Shown here: piece by piece, positions 1 through 12,574 of the stretch | Layout of the letters: every line of letters begins with the position of its first letter | Numbering within the stretch: the first letter of the stretch is position 1 | Assembly: GCF_004010195.1 (NCBI RefSeq) | Contig: NC_057755.1 | Location: 9,676,202-9,740,108, forward strand | DNA length: 63,907 bases | From: Chiloscyllium plagiosum | Taxonomy: Eukaryota | Reading direction: 5' to 3' | Notes under the pieces: generated by a model | What the model saw: only the letters and a program-made list of their open reading frames with translations | Told to the model about the DNA's origin: nothing | Database searches by the model: none | Made by a program: the position numbers and the translations under genes

Positions 1-277
1 GGCCAATCCACCCTAACCTACACATCCCTGGGCACTATGGGACAATTTAGCACGGCCAATCCACCCTAACCTGTACATCCCTGGGCACTATGGGACAATT
101 TAGCATGGCCAATCTACCCTAACCTGCATACCTTTGGACTGTGGGAGGAAACCGGAGCACCCGGAGGAGACATGGGGAGAATGAGCAAACTCCACACAGT
201 CACCCGAGGCTGGAATCGAACCTGGGTCACTGGCACCGTGAGGCAGCAGTGCTAACCCACTGAGCCACCGTGCTGCC
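1..277 (-). mobile_element. HE1-type tRNA-derived V-SINE, 3' part cut by window edge, with internal 53-bp tandem units
   Basis: Reverse complement begins GGGCAGCACGGTGGCTCAGTGGGTTAGCACTGCTGCCTCAC (A box), has B box GGTTCGATTCC and V-domain-like CCTCCGGGTGCTCCGGTTTCCTCCCAC; 53-bp units start at 1, 54, 107. Confidence 0.9.
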
Positions 278-279
278 CT

Positions 280-396
280 TTCTCTCGGCCTCTTTAATTC
301 TCTCTATCTCTCTGTGTCTCTGTTTTTCTCTCTCTGTCTTTCTATTTCTCTCAGTGCGCATCTTTCTCTAGGTCTGTCTCTCTCTCTCTCTCTCTG
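280..396. repeat. (TC)n / TCTG-rich microsatellite
   Basis: Direct inspection. Confidence 0.9.
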
Positions 397-1620
397 TCGC
401 CAAGCAACTGACTTTGAGTGTGGCACCAGGTGGGAATGACTGTTGATCTCCAAGGGTTCACTCCAGGTCAGCCTGCAACCTGTACTGATGAAGGGCTGAG
501 TAGTGGGAGCTCACACTGGCCCTAGCGTAATCCCTGCCCCTCTCCAATCATTATTTATGGGGGACCTATCAGCCCGGCATGGGTTTGCAAGGCAAGAAAG
601 GCCCAGGCTCTGCCTCCGGCCTACTGGAGGGCTGGGTGGCACCCTCTCTAGTTGGCCGAAAGTTCGCCCCCGAGGAGCAGGGGGTGGGGCTGGTGTAAGG
701 GATGGGAGTTGTGAAGGGGAGGTGCATGGCGGACACTTGAGCAAGGTTGGGCAATCGATCTGCCTCAGCAGCCAATGTCTGGGCGCCCATTGATACCTGG
801 AGCAGCTTGGCTAGCTTGCGTATTCCTTGGTTACGCACCCGTGTTAGCCTCCTCCAACCCTCCAACCCTGCTTCTTCCGCCCAGGCAAGATAAGCCAGTG
901 AAAAGGGACTGGGCTGGTGTCACCCAAACAGGCGCTCCAGCGCATTTGTGCTTGCGTTTTGATTTTTCCCTTCCCTCTGCGCCTCGCCTCGATCAGAAAG
1001 TACCGGGGCGTCTACGTGGTGCTACTCTCGATCTGGACTGACATCCGCCCGTCCCTGCCCATTACCCCTGAGCAAGCAAAGATAGCGTCTTCATGGCTGA
1101 TTTTTGCAGCCATTTTGAGTAGGCCGCACTTGAGGCCCGAGCTCTCTCTCTTCCAAAATGGACCTTACTTCGGAAGTGAGGAAGATGAAAAGTTGGGGGA
1201 GGGGAGAGTGATCTAATTGAGGTGGTGACGATGAAGGAGTGAGACGCTTTCTCAGTTCTAGGCCTTGGGTTCAAATCATTCCAGAGCCTTTAGCCTAATT
1301 TTGACTCGCCTCTCGCCCACTGACTCCTCCCTGTCTCCCAGCTTCCTCCAGCTCTACGATTTCACACAATCTCCTCTCTTGTTCCTGCTTGCCCTCAACC
1401 TGCCATTTGAGGCCAGACATTCAGCTGCCTTGGGCCAGAGTTCAGGAAATTCTTCCCTCCCTCCCGACTCCGTGAGAAGCTGGAAGTGAAGATGCTGTGA
1501 CCGTTGTGGTTGAGCGCGCAGTGGGCTGCGTCTACTCACTCCCTGTCCTAGCACACTCACGCTCTCTACTCCTCTCTCTCTCTCCCCCACTCCCTCTCCC
1601 CCTCTCCTCTCCCCCCTCCC

Positions 1621-2042
1621 NNNNNNNNNNNNNNNNNNNNNNNNNNNNNNNNNNNNNNNNNNNNNNNNNNNNNNNNNNNNNNNNNNNNNNNNNNNNNNNN
1701 NNNNNNNNNNNNNNNNNNNNNNNNNNNNNNNNNNNNNNNNNNNNNNNNNNNNNNNNNNNNNNNNNNNNNNNNNNNNNNNNNNNNNNNNNNNNNNNNNNNN
1801 NNNNNNNNNNNNNNNNNNNNNNNNNNNNNNNNNNNNNNNNNNNNNNNNNNNNNNNNNNNNNNNNNNNNNNNNNNNNNNNNNNNNNNNNNNNNNNNNNNNN
1901 NNNNNNNNNNNNNNNNNNNNNNNNNNNNNNNNNNNNNNNNNNNNNNNNNNNNNNNNNNNNNNNNNNNNNNNNNNNNNNNNNNNNNNNNNNNNNNNNNNNN
2001 NNNNNNNNNNNNNNNNNNNNNNNNNNNNNNNNNNNNNNNNNN
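1621..2042. other. Assembly gap (422 N)
   Basis: Run of N. Confidence 1.
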
Positions 2043-2379
2043 CCTGGGAGCTGCTGTCTGTGGTTTGAGGACACCATGATGTCATGCTGGAGTCTGGAGT
2101 CATTAAAAATGAATGGGCCGTTGTGTTGAGAGGGCTGCCGGCTGCCTGGAAGCTCTGGCCAGACTCTCCTCCTCGCCTTACTGCGGTGAAACCAGAGCCT
2201 TTTGTTTTTGCAATGTCGGGCTGCGTTTAACCCCCTCGGTGCTGGACGAGCAGGAGCTGCTGTGTAAGCGCACACCCTGCACCCCCCCCCCCCCCCCCCC
2301 CTCCCCCCCCCCGCCACTGCACTGTCTTCCAGAGCAGCCTGGCCCAGGGTGGGAGTCAGGAGGCCATTCACAGAGCCCG

Positions 2380-3225
2380 ACAGCAGGGAAACAGACCCTT
2401 CGGCCCACACTGTCCCTCCATGCCAAGCTCCGTTTCCCTGCACTTGACCCCAGATCCTTTCCAGCGGAAGTGGGGAGTGCAGATGCTGGAGATCATTCCT
2501 TTTGCCCGAAACGTCGATTTTTTTTTTCCCCTGCTCCTCGGATGCTGCCTGACCTGCTGTGCTTTTCCAGCACCTCTCTGATCGTGCCCCATGTCCTTCG
2601 AAACCTTTCCTATCTGTTTATCTGTCCCAATGCCTTTTAAATGTTGTTAGTGTGCCCACCTCAACCAATTCCGCTGGCAACTCATTCCGTATGTGTACCA
2701 CCCTTTGGGTTAAAAAAAACAGTTTCCCCTCAGATCCCCCTTTTATTCTTTCCCCTCTAACCTTCAACTGATGCCCTCTAGTCCTCGATTCCCCAACCTG
2801 GGGAGTGCATTCACCCTACCCATGTCTCTCATGACCTTCGATCAGATTTCCCCCCCACCACAGCCTCCTACACTCGAAAGATAAAAGCCCGAACTTGTCC
2901 AATCTCTGCCCATAACCCATCCCTTGTGAATTCCTTCTGCACTCTTTCCAAGTTAATAACATCCTTCCGATAGCTGGATGACCCAAACTGAACACACTAC
3001 TCCAAATGCAGCCTGACCCACGTCTTGTATACCTGCAATCTAACGTCTAGACTCAATGCCCCGACTGGTGAGGGCTTGTGTGCCGAAAGCCACCTTCACT
3101 GCCCTATCTACCTGTGACTCCCCCATCAGAGAACCCTGCGCCTGTACCTCCAAGCTCCCCCTGTTCCACCGACACTCCCTCAGGCCCTACCATTCAGCAC
3201 AAACCACCTGTTTCATTTGACTTTC
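2380..3225 (-). mobile_element. Degenerate CR1/HER1 LINE 3' fragment, interrupted at ~2470-2575 by a short Penelope-type element lacking the CTGATGA half of the ribozyme core
   Basis: Resembles the reverse complement of the CR1 3' regions at 38300-38778 and 31800-32900; insert has GCCCGAAACGTCGATTTT...GGATGCTGCCTGACCTGCTGTGCTTTTCCAGC. Confidence 0.75.
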
Positions 3226-3231
3226 CAAACT

Positions 3232-3335
3232 GTGCTGAGGGAGTGTCCGCTCCCTCAGCGCTGCCCCTCCGACAGTGCGGCCCTCCCTCAGCACTGACCC
3301 TCCGACAGTGCTGCACTCCCTCAGCACTGACCCTC
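3232..3335. repeat. ~33-bp tandem repeat (CTCCCTCAGCACTGACCCTCCGACAGTGC) x3, probably SINE-derived
   Basis: Three adjacent near-identical units. Confidence 0.75.
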
Positions 3336-4444
3336 TGGAGCTGACTGGATTAGGAGCCCCAAATCTCTGGAGTGGTGCAGGGCAGGGGTTGGGGGGGGGC
3401 CTTGTATTCATGACGCTCTGACTCCCACCGCAAGATCCCATTCGTTCCTCAGCGGGTTAATTTAGTTCAAACAGTAAAACGCAGTCGAAATTCTGAAGCA
3501 GGCACCCTGGTAGAGATCAGGGCGCAGTGGTTGGGAGGGGGGGGAGGCTTGGTTTCTGCGAGTGCGTCAGGCAGAGTCGCAACATGGTGTACTTTGTCCC
3601 AGCTGACCTTCAACTCTCTCAGAGACGAGGACACGGCAGTGCCAGCGAGTGCCCAGTCAGGGCAGGATTGGCATTGGGATCTTGCAATAGCATTCCAGCC
3701 GCCCTCACAGCTTTCTGACCTTGTGCGGGGCTCGCTTGAGGTGTCAAGGAGCATATTAGCAACCCAACAAGCGATTAGGAAAGCTAAAAACATTGTGACT
3801 TCTTGCAAGGGGTGGGGGGGGACAGACTGAGGGTGACTTTCTGTCAGCGGCACGGGCAACTGGAGAGAGACCGTCTCTGGAATCCGGTGTGACTGCAGTT
3901 TACACCAGCTGGCGCGCAGGATGTTTGCACAGGCGACCGTCTCTGGGTGGCTTTTACTGGGACAAATACCCCAAATGGGAGCATCATTTCAGGAGCAAAG
4001 GGGCAGTCAGGCCAGGGCTGTGGCCTCTGGAGTTTAGCAAAGTCAGAGGCGTTTTCACCGAAATGTTTCCGCGTGGAAACAATTCAAATCATCTTTACTT
4101 ATAGGTGCAGGAATCTACTTTATTAGACCTCGTTCTCCGATCTTCCATCAATTCAACGTTGTGTTGTTTCAGCTAAGGTTACTAAGAATGCCCTGCTGTC
4201 TCAATAGTACCACATTTCTGCAGCATGATTACCCTCAGTGTCCACTCAATTCAAAAGAGAGTAGTTGAATGGCCTCCGGTACCGTGATGATTTCGGCACG
4301 AAAAGGATTACATGGTGGTATTGCTTCACGAAGGACTGGCAAAGAGACCAACTTTATTGCTGAGATATGGATGGACTATCGCTTTCCTAACATTTTTAAT
4401 CTTCATCAGGAACAGGGATCTTTAGTTTCAAAAGTTTTATGGGA

Positions 4445-5105
4445 AAATAAATGAAGGAGAGACTGCGTGGCCACTTCACAGAAGATCTCCATTCTGTCCA
4501 CAAAATGGCCATGATCTTTAGTTGGCTTCCAATTTCACACAACAGCCTGTTCCCTGGTTTGCTGCAGTGCCGCAGTGAAGCTCAGCACATTTGGAAGAAC
4601 AGCACCTTATTATCTGTCTGGGGATCCTGCAGCCCTCTGGACTCAATATCGAAGTCAATAGTTCTCAAGTCTGAACTCTGCCATGTTATCGCTCCCTACC
4701 CGACATGTCAAGCCTTGTTATCACACCGTCTTCCTTGACACACGAGGGAACAATTATCAGTTAGCAATTATCAGTTCCCTTAACAGCAATTATCAGTTCC
4801 ATTAACAGCTATTCACCCACACAGACACTCCTTTGACTGTCCAACTCTTTTTCTCTCTTGGAACTGAATCCTGACCTGTCCCTAACTCCTTTTCCTTTTC
4901 CCTGTCTCCCTAGCCTATATTGTGCATTTAAACTGATGCTTTCCTCGCCACTATCAGGTCCTTGGAACGCTTGCCTGATCGAAAACTAGAACTCTGATTT
5001 CTTTTCAATATATTCACTAACCACAGCCGTACCTGCTGAGGTTTTTCAGTAGCTTCCATTTTTATTTCTGATTTTCAGCATCCGTAGTTCATTTGGCTTT
5101 CATTT
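4445..5105 (+). mobile_element. Penelope-like element 3' fragment (C-terminus of GIY-YIG endonuclease plus decayed terminal repeat)
   Basis: Translates (with shifts) as KERLRGHFTEDLHSVHK...GLLQCRSEAQH..EEQHLII.LG.LQPSGLNIEVN, matching the PLE GIY-YIG tail; ends in ...CCTGCTGAGGTTTTTCAGTAGC...CAGCATCCGTAGTTC. Confidence 0.75.
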
Positions 5106-5109
5106 CGGA

Positions 5110-6060
5110 TTATATCAAAGCCAGCACACAGAAGTTGATCAAGAAAATTTGACAGGTGTTCCAAATGCTCTGGTATGTGACTTCAAATCACGAAATTGTC
5201 AATACACAACACATAGGTGGGCAATTTTAACATGACTTAATTGGTTAGTCTTGGAAAAGTCGATGGTGTATCTTTCATAACAAATGACAGCACTGTAAAG
5301 TAGTACAATCCACTCGGTTTCAAGAAAGCCAAAATTTCCTTCACTCTTTTGGATAGAGGTACCTGCCAATAGCCAACGAAAAAGTTCAACTTAAAAATAC
5401 AAGATGCTTTTCCCATCTTTGGAAGACTTTTTTTTAAAATATTGAATAGATGACATTACATTGCTTACAGCATTTAGATTCGATAACATTATTTACAGTG
5501 TGGAAACAGACTCTTCAAATGAGATTAAAAATTGTTTCCACATTCCTCGCATCAAATTGAGGCAATGCTTGAATATATTTAAACAATTTCTCACCAGACC
5601 TTTGGCTCTCTTGGGTTTCCTCATCATGACTGTCTTCCTCACTAAGGATAGCATCAGCCTTCATCTCTATCGTTTTAAGCTATTTTTTATCCCTTTCCAA
5701 GTGCCAACTTCTGCAGTTCAGACTCCCACTATTTCTTGCTTTCTTCGTTCGCCTTTTCTCTCTTTCTCTCCCAGTTTCTCTCTCTTCTGCCTTTCATCGT
5801 AATTCCTTGTCTTTTGATTCTAACTCAAGTCGTTTCATTTTAAATTGAATTTGATTCATCTCTAAAGTGTCCGATGAAATTTCTGGCATATTTACATGCT
5901 GAGCTATTGTTGTAATTATATCTCATTTCCTCACGGAAGGAGGCGGGTCCAACCCCAGTTTGTCTGATATTTCCAGCAGTTTAGGATTAATTACTTTTTG
6001 TAAAACCCTCAACGCCACTTCTTCCACACCACCAAAACCCTTGGTGACCGAAAGAGGCAT
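5110..6060 (-). mobile_element. Gypsy LTR retrotransposon relic: gag N-terminus (ATG at 6060) joined by deletion to decayed RT (~5490-5110)
   Basis: Minus strand MPLSVTKGFGGVEEVALRVLQKVINPKLLEISDKLG (gag); GYWQVPLSKRVKEILAFLKPSGLYYFTVLSFVMKDTPSTFPRL...LCIDNFVI (RT, decayed YIDD). Confidence 0.8.
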
Positions 6061-6183
6061 TGCTATCCGAAGCACCGTTTAAACCAAAGAAATTCAACAC
6101 CAGGAACTAAAGACACTAACAAGTACCATTTGCTGCCTTCCAGTCCAACAACACTCGTCCCAATTCGGAACTATAGAACAAAA

Positions 6184-6203
6184 CCCGCTAAGAGCCCCCA
6201 ATC
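6184..6203 (-). other. Primer-binding site (tRNA-Pro-like) of the Gypsy element
   Basis: Minus strand ...TAACA gat TGGGGGCTCTTAGCGGG directly after the LTR end. Confidence 0.7.
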
Positions 6204-6825
6204 TGTTATGGACAAGGCCAAACTCCTCTAAACACTTCTAAAAAGTAGCCCAGACCTTAACTTTGTTAGTTGCTTTCATTAGGTGTAACACGGATATTCC
6301 AGGAGAGATGCAGTTGGTCAAACCAGGTAGTTTTAATAAAAACAGAATTTATTAACAAGATTCGCGAATGGAATACAAAACAAAAGAGAACAGACTACCG
6401 AATATCTTGACCTATCTGAAAACCTAACGGGTCATCCCAAATTAATGATTGTTTATTTCCCCCCAAATACTGGTAGCAATCCCTATAAACACCCCTTGGC
6501 ACAAGGGTCTTGCAGGAGAGATGTCAGCGAGAAAGGAGGATCAGCCTGGATCTGCGTCTTTGGGTCCAGCTGAGTTTGCAACTGCCTGACGGCTTTCAAT
6601 GAACAGCCAGACCAAAGGAAACCAGAGTAAAGGAGAGGTGGGAGAACTGGCCAAATATACAAATATTTTCTTTTAAAATTGAAAGCCTTTCGTTTAAGAT
6701 GTTATCTGCTGGCTATCATGGAATTGGCCCATAAAAACCCAGAGGTTTTGCAACTTTTGTTTTTCCTCACCCCATTAAAAAAAAAGGACAACATGACCTT
6801 GTTTAACGAAAGTTATCCTCACTCT
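6204..6825 (-). mobile_element. Gypsy LTR
   Basis: Ends in TAACA next to the PBS; homologous to the LTR at 16486-17223 (shared TATGGAC.A.GCCA.AC..CTC start). Confidence 0.75.
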
Positions 6826-6829
6826 ATTT

Positions 6830-7490
6830 TTAAACGTTATGTAGCGAACTCATCAACTCTGTTTAATCTTTCCATAAAATTTGATGCATGGCTCCGAATT
6901 CTGCCTTCCCAAAATCTCCTGAATTACATTCAAAGTATTCTTACCTCATGCCCATGTATTAATTAAAATGGACTGATTTTATTGGAAGGATTAGATGCAA
7001 AATATATGTGCAAATCCTTTATCGAATCCTCTGGATAGTATTCATTGTAAACCCTTAATTTGGTTCTTAATATTGATGCCACTGTTCTAGTGCTCCCTGA
7101 GATTCTGGACGGTATTCACTAGATTTGAATTAATTTGTTCCTAAACTTCACCAAATCACCTTTATGTAAAAGTTGATCCTTGATATAATTGTATCGAATC
7201 GAGGAAATCCTCCACATTTCTTTTTGCAGTTTTGCTGGTTCACCGACGTGCCTCTGGAAATCTGGTAGACAGTTGCATTATGATCAGCAACTACTGATTC
7301 CCATGCTTTATTCGAGATGTAGGTCCCACACATCATTTAAGACTCTTGTAAACGTTTCCTCAAACATGGGAATGAATAGTAACGATGTTAGTATTATCAC
7401 TGCTTACGATTTTACGTATGACATGACCTGCAAACTTCAACCGAATCCTGAAGCAGTCCGGGCCAATATTTTTATTTGTTTTGCTTGAGT
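6830..7490 (-). mobile_element. Decayed Gypsy integrase fragment
   Basis: Minus strand FIPMFEETFTRVLND..G...GNQ*LLIIMQLSTRFPEA...QGSTF...PESQGALEQWHQ..RTKLRVY (rve core). Confidence 0.8.
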
Positions 7491-8034
7491 TTTCCATCTG
7501 AAATGGAGCAGATTAGGAATGCAGCATGTTGTGCCAGAATGAAACATGCTAGGGGATAATTAATTGTCTGCTGGATTGAGCGAATCTACATATGCACGTC
7601 CGACTGTAGACCTCTGCTTATTTTACCAATCTGATAAAGATTTGGATTCGACTGACAGAATATGCAGACAAGATCAAAGGTGCATAATAATGATAGAACG
7701 ATTGTACTGAACAGAGTCTCAATGCCTGAATTTTGAACCTATTCTCAACATGCCCGAACTAGCTACAGTATTGGGTCCATTTATCAATGTCCTTTCTCCC
7801 CCAGCGTTCCGAGCCCTCTACATTACACTTCAGTTCGAGTAAAGTGTCATCTGCACGAGTAACATAAGCCTGCTTTTTCTCTGATGGTGCAACCTCACCA
7901 GTTGCAATTTCCCACATTTTGTTTGTCATAAACCACACACTGTACTCTCGTTTTTGAAGAGACAGAATGATGAGTTAATCTCTTCTCTTTCTATGCTTCA
8001 GCTCTTCAAGATAGCAGATCACCACCTCCTAGAT

Positions 8035-8318
8035 GGCATAGGTTTAGGGTGAGAGGGGAAAGATATAAAAGAGATCTACGGGCCAACGTTTTCACGGAGA
8101 GGATGGGACGGGTATGGGCGAGCTGCCAGAGGAAGTGGTGGAGGCTGGTACAACTGCAATATTTAAGAGGCATTTGGACGGGTATATGAATAGGAAGGGT
8201 TTGAAGGGATATGGGTTGGGTGCTGGCAGGTGGGACAAGATTGGGTTGGGATATCTAGTCGGCATGGACAAGTTGGACAGAAAGATCTGTGTCCATGCTG
8301 TACATCTCTATGATTCTA
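8035..8318 (+). mobile_element. CR1/HER1 LINE 3' end
   Basis: ELPEEVVEAGTTAIFKRHLDGYMNRKGL; tail CTCTATGATTCTA; close match to 38495-38778. Confidence 0.9.
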
Positions 8319-8771
8319 AAAGACAGGAAGTAAATGATGACCTGCCAATGACACTTATATTCCATGAACATTTTTTTGAATAAATCAAGTGTTTCATAAG
8401 GCAAAACTTTCTGTTTTCTAAGATCAAGAATCAAAAGTCCATTTTGAGAACCAAAACCAATAAAAGTCCAGTTGACCCCAAAAAGACAGAAAAGTTTCGA
8501 GGATGTTGAAATCTGCAGAATACTGAGCGGCACAGAGAGAACAGACATGGAGACGATGTTTTCATGGTAGGAGATCCTCACATGGCACCTTCCAAACACA
8601 CAAAAATTTCCATCCAGAAGGATAACTGCAACAAGCATATGGGAATACCATCATTTTCATGTTCCCCTTCAAGTCGCCCTCCACATGACTTGCATATACA
8701 GCACCCTTCCTTCACTGTTACTTGGTCATATTCCTGAACATTCCTCACTAATGGCGTTAGTTAACATAAAA

Positions 8772-8910
8772 TAACACTGGGTTATAATCCAAAACGTTTA
8801 TTTGGAAGCACTAGCTTTCAGACCGCCGCTCTCACCTGATGAAGGAGGGGCGCGTCAAAAACTACTGCTTCCAAATAAACCCGTTGGACTATAATTTGGT
8901 ATTATGCGAT
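8772..8910. mobile_element. Palindromic Penelope-type terminal element with decayed hammerhead core, inserted in an older LINE tail
   Basis: Arms TTATAATCCAAAACGTTTATTTGGAAGCACTAG / CTACTGCTTCCAAATAAACCCGTTGGACTATAA around CTGATGAAGGAG... Confidence 0.7.
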
Positions 8911-9084
8911 ATTTATCTTTGCCCAATACTGACACCTCCAAGTCCTAATAGCATTTTGTGTCAACCCATGGCAGATGCATTGCGGCATTTAAGAATGCAG
9001 CTCACCCCCACCTTCTCAAGAGCAAGTAGAAACGGGCAATAAATGGTGGACAGCCAGAGAACCACACATCCTGCAAACGATTAT

Positions 9085-9765
9085 CTAAAAATATCCTCCA
9101 TGTTTGCCATCGTTGTTGATAAAAAGCTCACAACTGCTGTCAGCCACAAGAGATATAAAATTGCCCGATTGAGTGAAGAGTGAAATAGTGGAGTTCCTGC
9201 GACCTTCCTTCCCTTCCCTTCCCACCTGGCCCTTAGAGCTGTTTTGGCAATTACCATGCATCTGACATTCAAACTAGTTAAAGGGGTATCAAAGAAAATG
9301 AAATTTATGAAACTGAAATGCTATATAACCAGAAGAATGCTGCAACTCGTCGTGAAATTAAAAGATCAAATTAGTGCGACAATCGCACTGAACATGACAA
9401 TAACTTGTTTTGATTTTTATGCAAACCAAAAGGTATGGTCTGATTGTACGGCGGCGATCATTATAATTTAGCAAGCATCCTCACTCTGCAAGATTTTATT
9501 TTTAGATTCTCACAACATATTGCTGCATATCAATCAAATGTGAACATCTCAGTGAATTACACCGCCTTAACAGATTGACAGAGCTCATGCATTCCCATTA
9601 ACATACAAACTCCAGTGAGGAGAAGAAATGTTTATAAATGTGACACACAAATGCATTACTCTGAATACCTTGGTCATAAGTGCTACATGGCACCTGTATA
9701 GGCAGAGTTACAATCAGATTGACCTCAGTTTTCCCGGACAGAATTATCATAATCATCAGGTTTGC
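9085..9765 (-). pseudogene. GPR139-like class A GPCR pseudogene (shark-expanded family), main exon relic
   Basis: ANLMIMIILS (TM1), V*FTEMFTFD*YAAICCENLKIKSCRVR (TM3, FDRF-type motif), LLWLTAVVSFLSTT (TM6); many stops and frameshifts. Confidence 0.8.
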
Positions 9766-10419
9766 AAGGTCAATCAGCAAAAGATTAGAAATGAGATCAC
9801 TCAGAAAAGTATATTTTCTAAAAAAAAATAAAACACCTGAAAAACGTTGTCAGTCACACTTGATTTTTGAGACTTTTTAAAAAGAAATTCCTGTATATAT
9901 TATTTGTAAATACAAGCTTTGAAAATTGCATTATGGAAAAACAAAGCAGTGAATAATCAGTATAGAAGACCTTATTTTTTTTTGTGGTTTCAAGCATACT
10001 CCAGTCAAGTATTTTCAACCAGTACTTCGAACAACGTGCATTGCAGCAGTACTCGTCTTCATAGTTTACAAGTGTCATGACACAGAACTAGCAGGCAAAT
10101 CGGATAAACCACTCATCCATGCGTTCACAACGCTGAATCATAAAATGCAGTGAGCATTCAAATTCACCCTAACATTTCTTAACTTGTCTTTTTAAATAAC
10201 TATTTCCAGACTTTATGAATACCTGATATCAGACATTATTTTCAGAACTCAAACAAGAGACTAAACAATTTCTGAAGAATTCACTAATCTTAACAGACCA
10301 AATTCAGTAAGTTTAACAGACCAAACTTAAACCATGCGTTAAGCCCATAAGATATAGGAGCAGAAATTAGGCAATTCGGCCCATCGAGTCCGCTCTGCCA
10401 TTCAATTAAAATAGCAAGA

Positions 10420-10560
10420 ATTCTCAATGATCTTGACAATTGCTTGTTCTTTTTGCAATGCAAACCACAAGAGTATGCTCTCCGGATACACCTAGGCGAT
10501 AATGATCATTGTAACTACAGCTTCGCCAATGATTTTGCAATGGTGCCATAGATTTAATCA
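10420..10560 (-). pseudogene. Possible further GPR139-like fragment (TM4-ECL2)
   Basis: KIIGEAVVTMIIIA*VYPESILLWFALQKEQ aligns by eye to KTAAAVILINIALVCLENITFWFVFESK of the 36-kb copy. Confidence 0.4.
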
Positions 10561-11611
10561 AATCCTCTTTAACATTGGCCCTCACACAAAGACAAACAGA
10601 CCAACAGAGAATGTAAAGGGATAAATCATACAGAAAAAAATATAAAGGAGTTGGAACTTGCCAATTTACTTTAACTGCTTCCATGCTCCATAATATCACA
10701 GGCACATGGGATTGTATCTTGTTTGGCTTTTTGTGACACTGCTGCATGCAGGTAGCTTCCAGTAGACTCTAAGGGAGTGTCATTTAATTCTTACAACCGA
10801 TATTGCATTTTGTGTGTTTTCAATTGATTGAGAAGACAAACAGAGATCCAACAAACCTATGTCCTGCAGCTTTCCAACAAGAACATAGCGCAAAAACAAT
10901 TTCAAATTCTGGCCTCTTCCTGCCAGACTGACAGCCTATCCACAAGGTCCAACTGCAGCTTCAGCATCTGCAATCTGCTTGGGCTGACTGCCAAACTAAA
11001 ATCGAACGGTCTACAGAGCGGTTAATGGAAGAAACAGCTGACAATTAACTTTCACTCCTGGTCTCAAAAAGGAACGACAGCTTGTTTATTCTCTTTGACT
11101 TTTTTCCCGAAACAAACTGCTGCTCATAGTCCACAGCACACCATTCAGCTCTCAGTTACAGTTAATAACTCCAAACGAAATAAAATAATAAGAAAATAAG
11201 ATAATGATGAATGAACAAGGGTTCCAGCACAAGCAGAACTGTCAAGATGATATTGATGGTAAAATGATTGAAGTTCACTACTTTCATTCAAGAATTGTAC
11301 ACAGCAATCCGAAGATATGCATCTTCTTTTAACTGGTATGTACGATTGACACCACATCCCTATTTTATTCCTGCTTTGGATGATATTTTACACAAAGCCA
11401 TTGCAAGTTGGAGGAATAACGCCTCATTTTTTGTTTGGACCACGATACTAACTGTTCAAATGCACCATTTTCTTTGCAGGCTTTTTTTTAAAAAAATGAC
11501 AAGGCCTCAACAGTGATTTCAGCAACCTCAGAATATGCGACTGCACCTGTACTTTCTTTCGCAGACCTCAGGTATTCGGCCACAGCCGTCAGGTTGTGCT
11601 GTCTCCTGTCT

Positions 11612-12066
11612 NNNNNNNNNNNNNNNNNNNNNNNNNNNNNNNNNNNNNNNNNNNNNNNNNNNNNNNNNNNNNNNNNNNNNNNNNNNNNNNNNNNNNNNNN
11701 NNNNNNNNNNNNNNNNNNNNNNNNNNNNNNNNNNNNNNNNNNNNNNNNNNNNNNNNNNNNNNNNNNNNNNNNNNNNNNNNNNNNNNNNNNNNNNNNNNNN
11801 NNNNNNNNNNNNNNNNNNNNNNNNNNNNNNNNNNNNNNNNNNNNNNNNNNNNNNNNNNNNNNNNNNNNNNNNNNNNNNNNNNNNNNNNNNNNNNNNNNNN
11901 NNNNNNNNNNNNNNNNNNNNNNNNNNNNNNNNNNNNNNNNNNNNNNNNNNNNNNNNNNNNNNNNNNNNNNNNNNNNNNNNNNNNNNNNNNNNNNNNNNNN
12001 NNNNNNNNNNNNNNNNNNNNNNNNNNNNNNNNNNNNNNNNNNNNNNNNNNNNNNNNNNNNNNNNNN
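11612..12066. other. Assembly gap (455 N)
   Basis: Run of N. Confidence 1.
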
Positions 12067-12574
12067 TCATCATGTTGGATTATTTTCAGTTCTGGTGAAC
12101 AACTTAAATCTTAAAGCATTATTTGTACAATTCATTTTTTACAGTAATTTGGCAGTACCATGCATATTTTTCAATTGTCCAGACAATGATCCACAATCTG
12201 TTTTCTCCAACTCGTTTCAACTGAGCAAGTACAAGCAATCCAACAATGTAAAAAAGAAAGAGACATATTCAGAAGATATATAGAAAGTTTATTTCTGGAA
12301 TTTATCGTTACATTTTAAAGTAAAATTATGATAGATCTATTATTTCATAGTATTACTGCTTCATAAAATAGGTTGACAGGTGGTGGTCAACAGACCTTTC
12401 GCAAGGAAGAGATTGACAAGGAGGAGCCTTCATATAAACTTCAACTGGTGTGGGGGTGGACTAGCCCTATTGACAATACTCAGCGTTATGAGCCAGACAA
12501 GCATCATTTCAGAGAAATGTGTCGAAGGTTTGACACTAGGACAGAGTGGGGATAATGAAAATGTACGTTGAAAA

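Noticed and set aside
1354..2443. Long ORFs of 210-303 aa
   Set aside because: Artefacts of translating through the N gap; the same applies to 11513-12283.
7760..7930. Possible Copia gag-like peptide (MWEIATGEVAPSEKK…) on the minus strand
   Set aside because: Resemblance too short and weak to support without a search.
11145..11611. Hydrophobic minus-strand peptides suggesting a membrane-protein relic
   Set aside because: No motif I can assign; AT-rich DNA yields hydrophobic translations, and the segment is cut by the gap.
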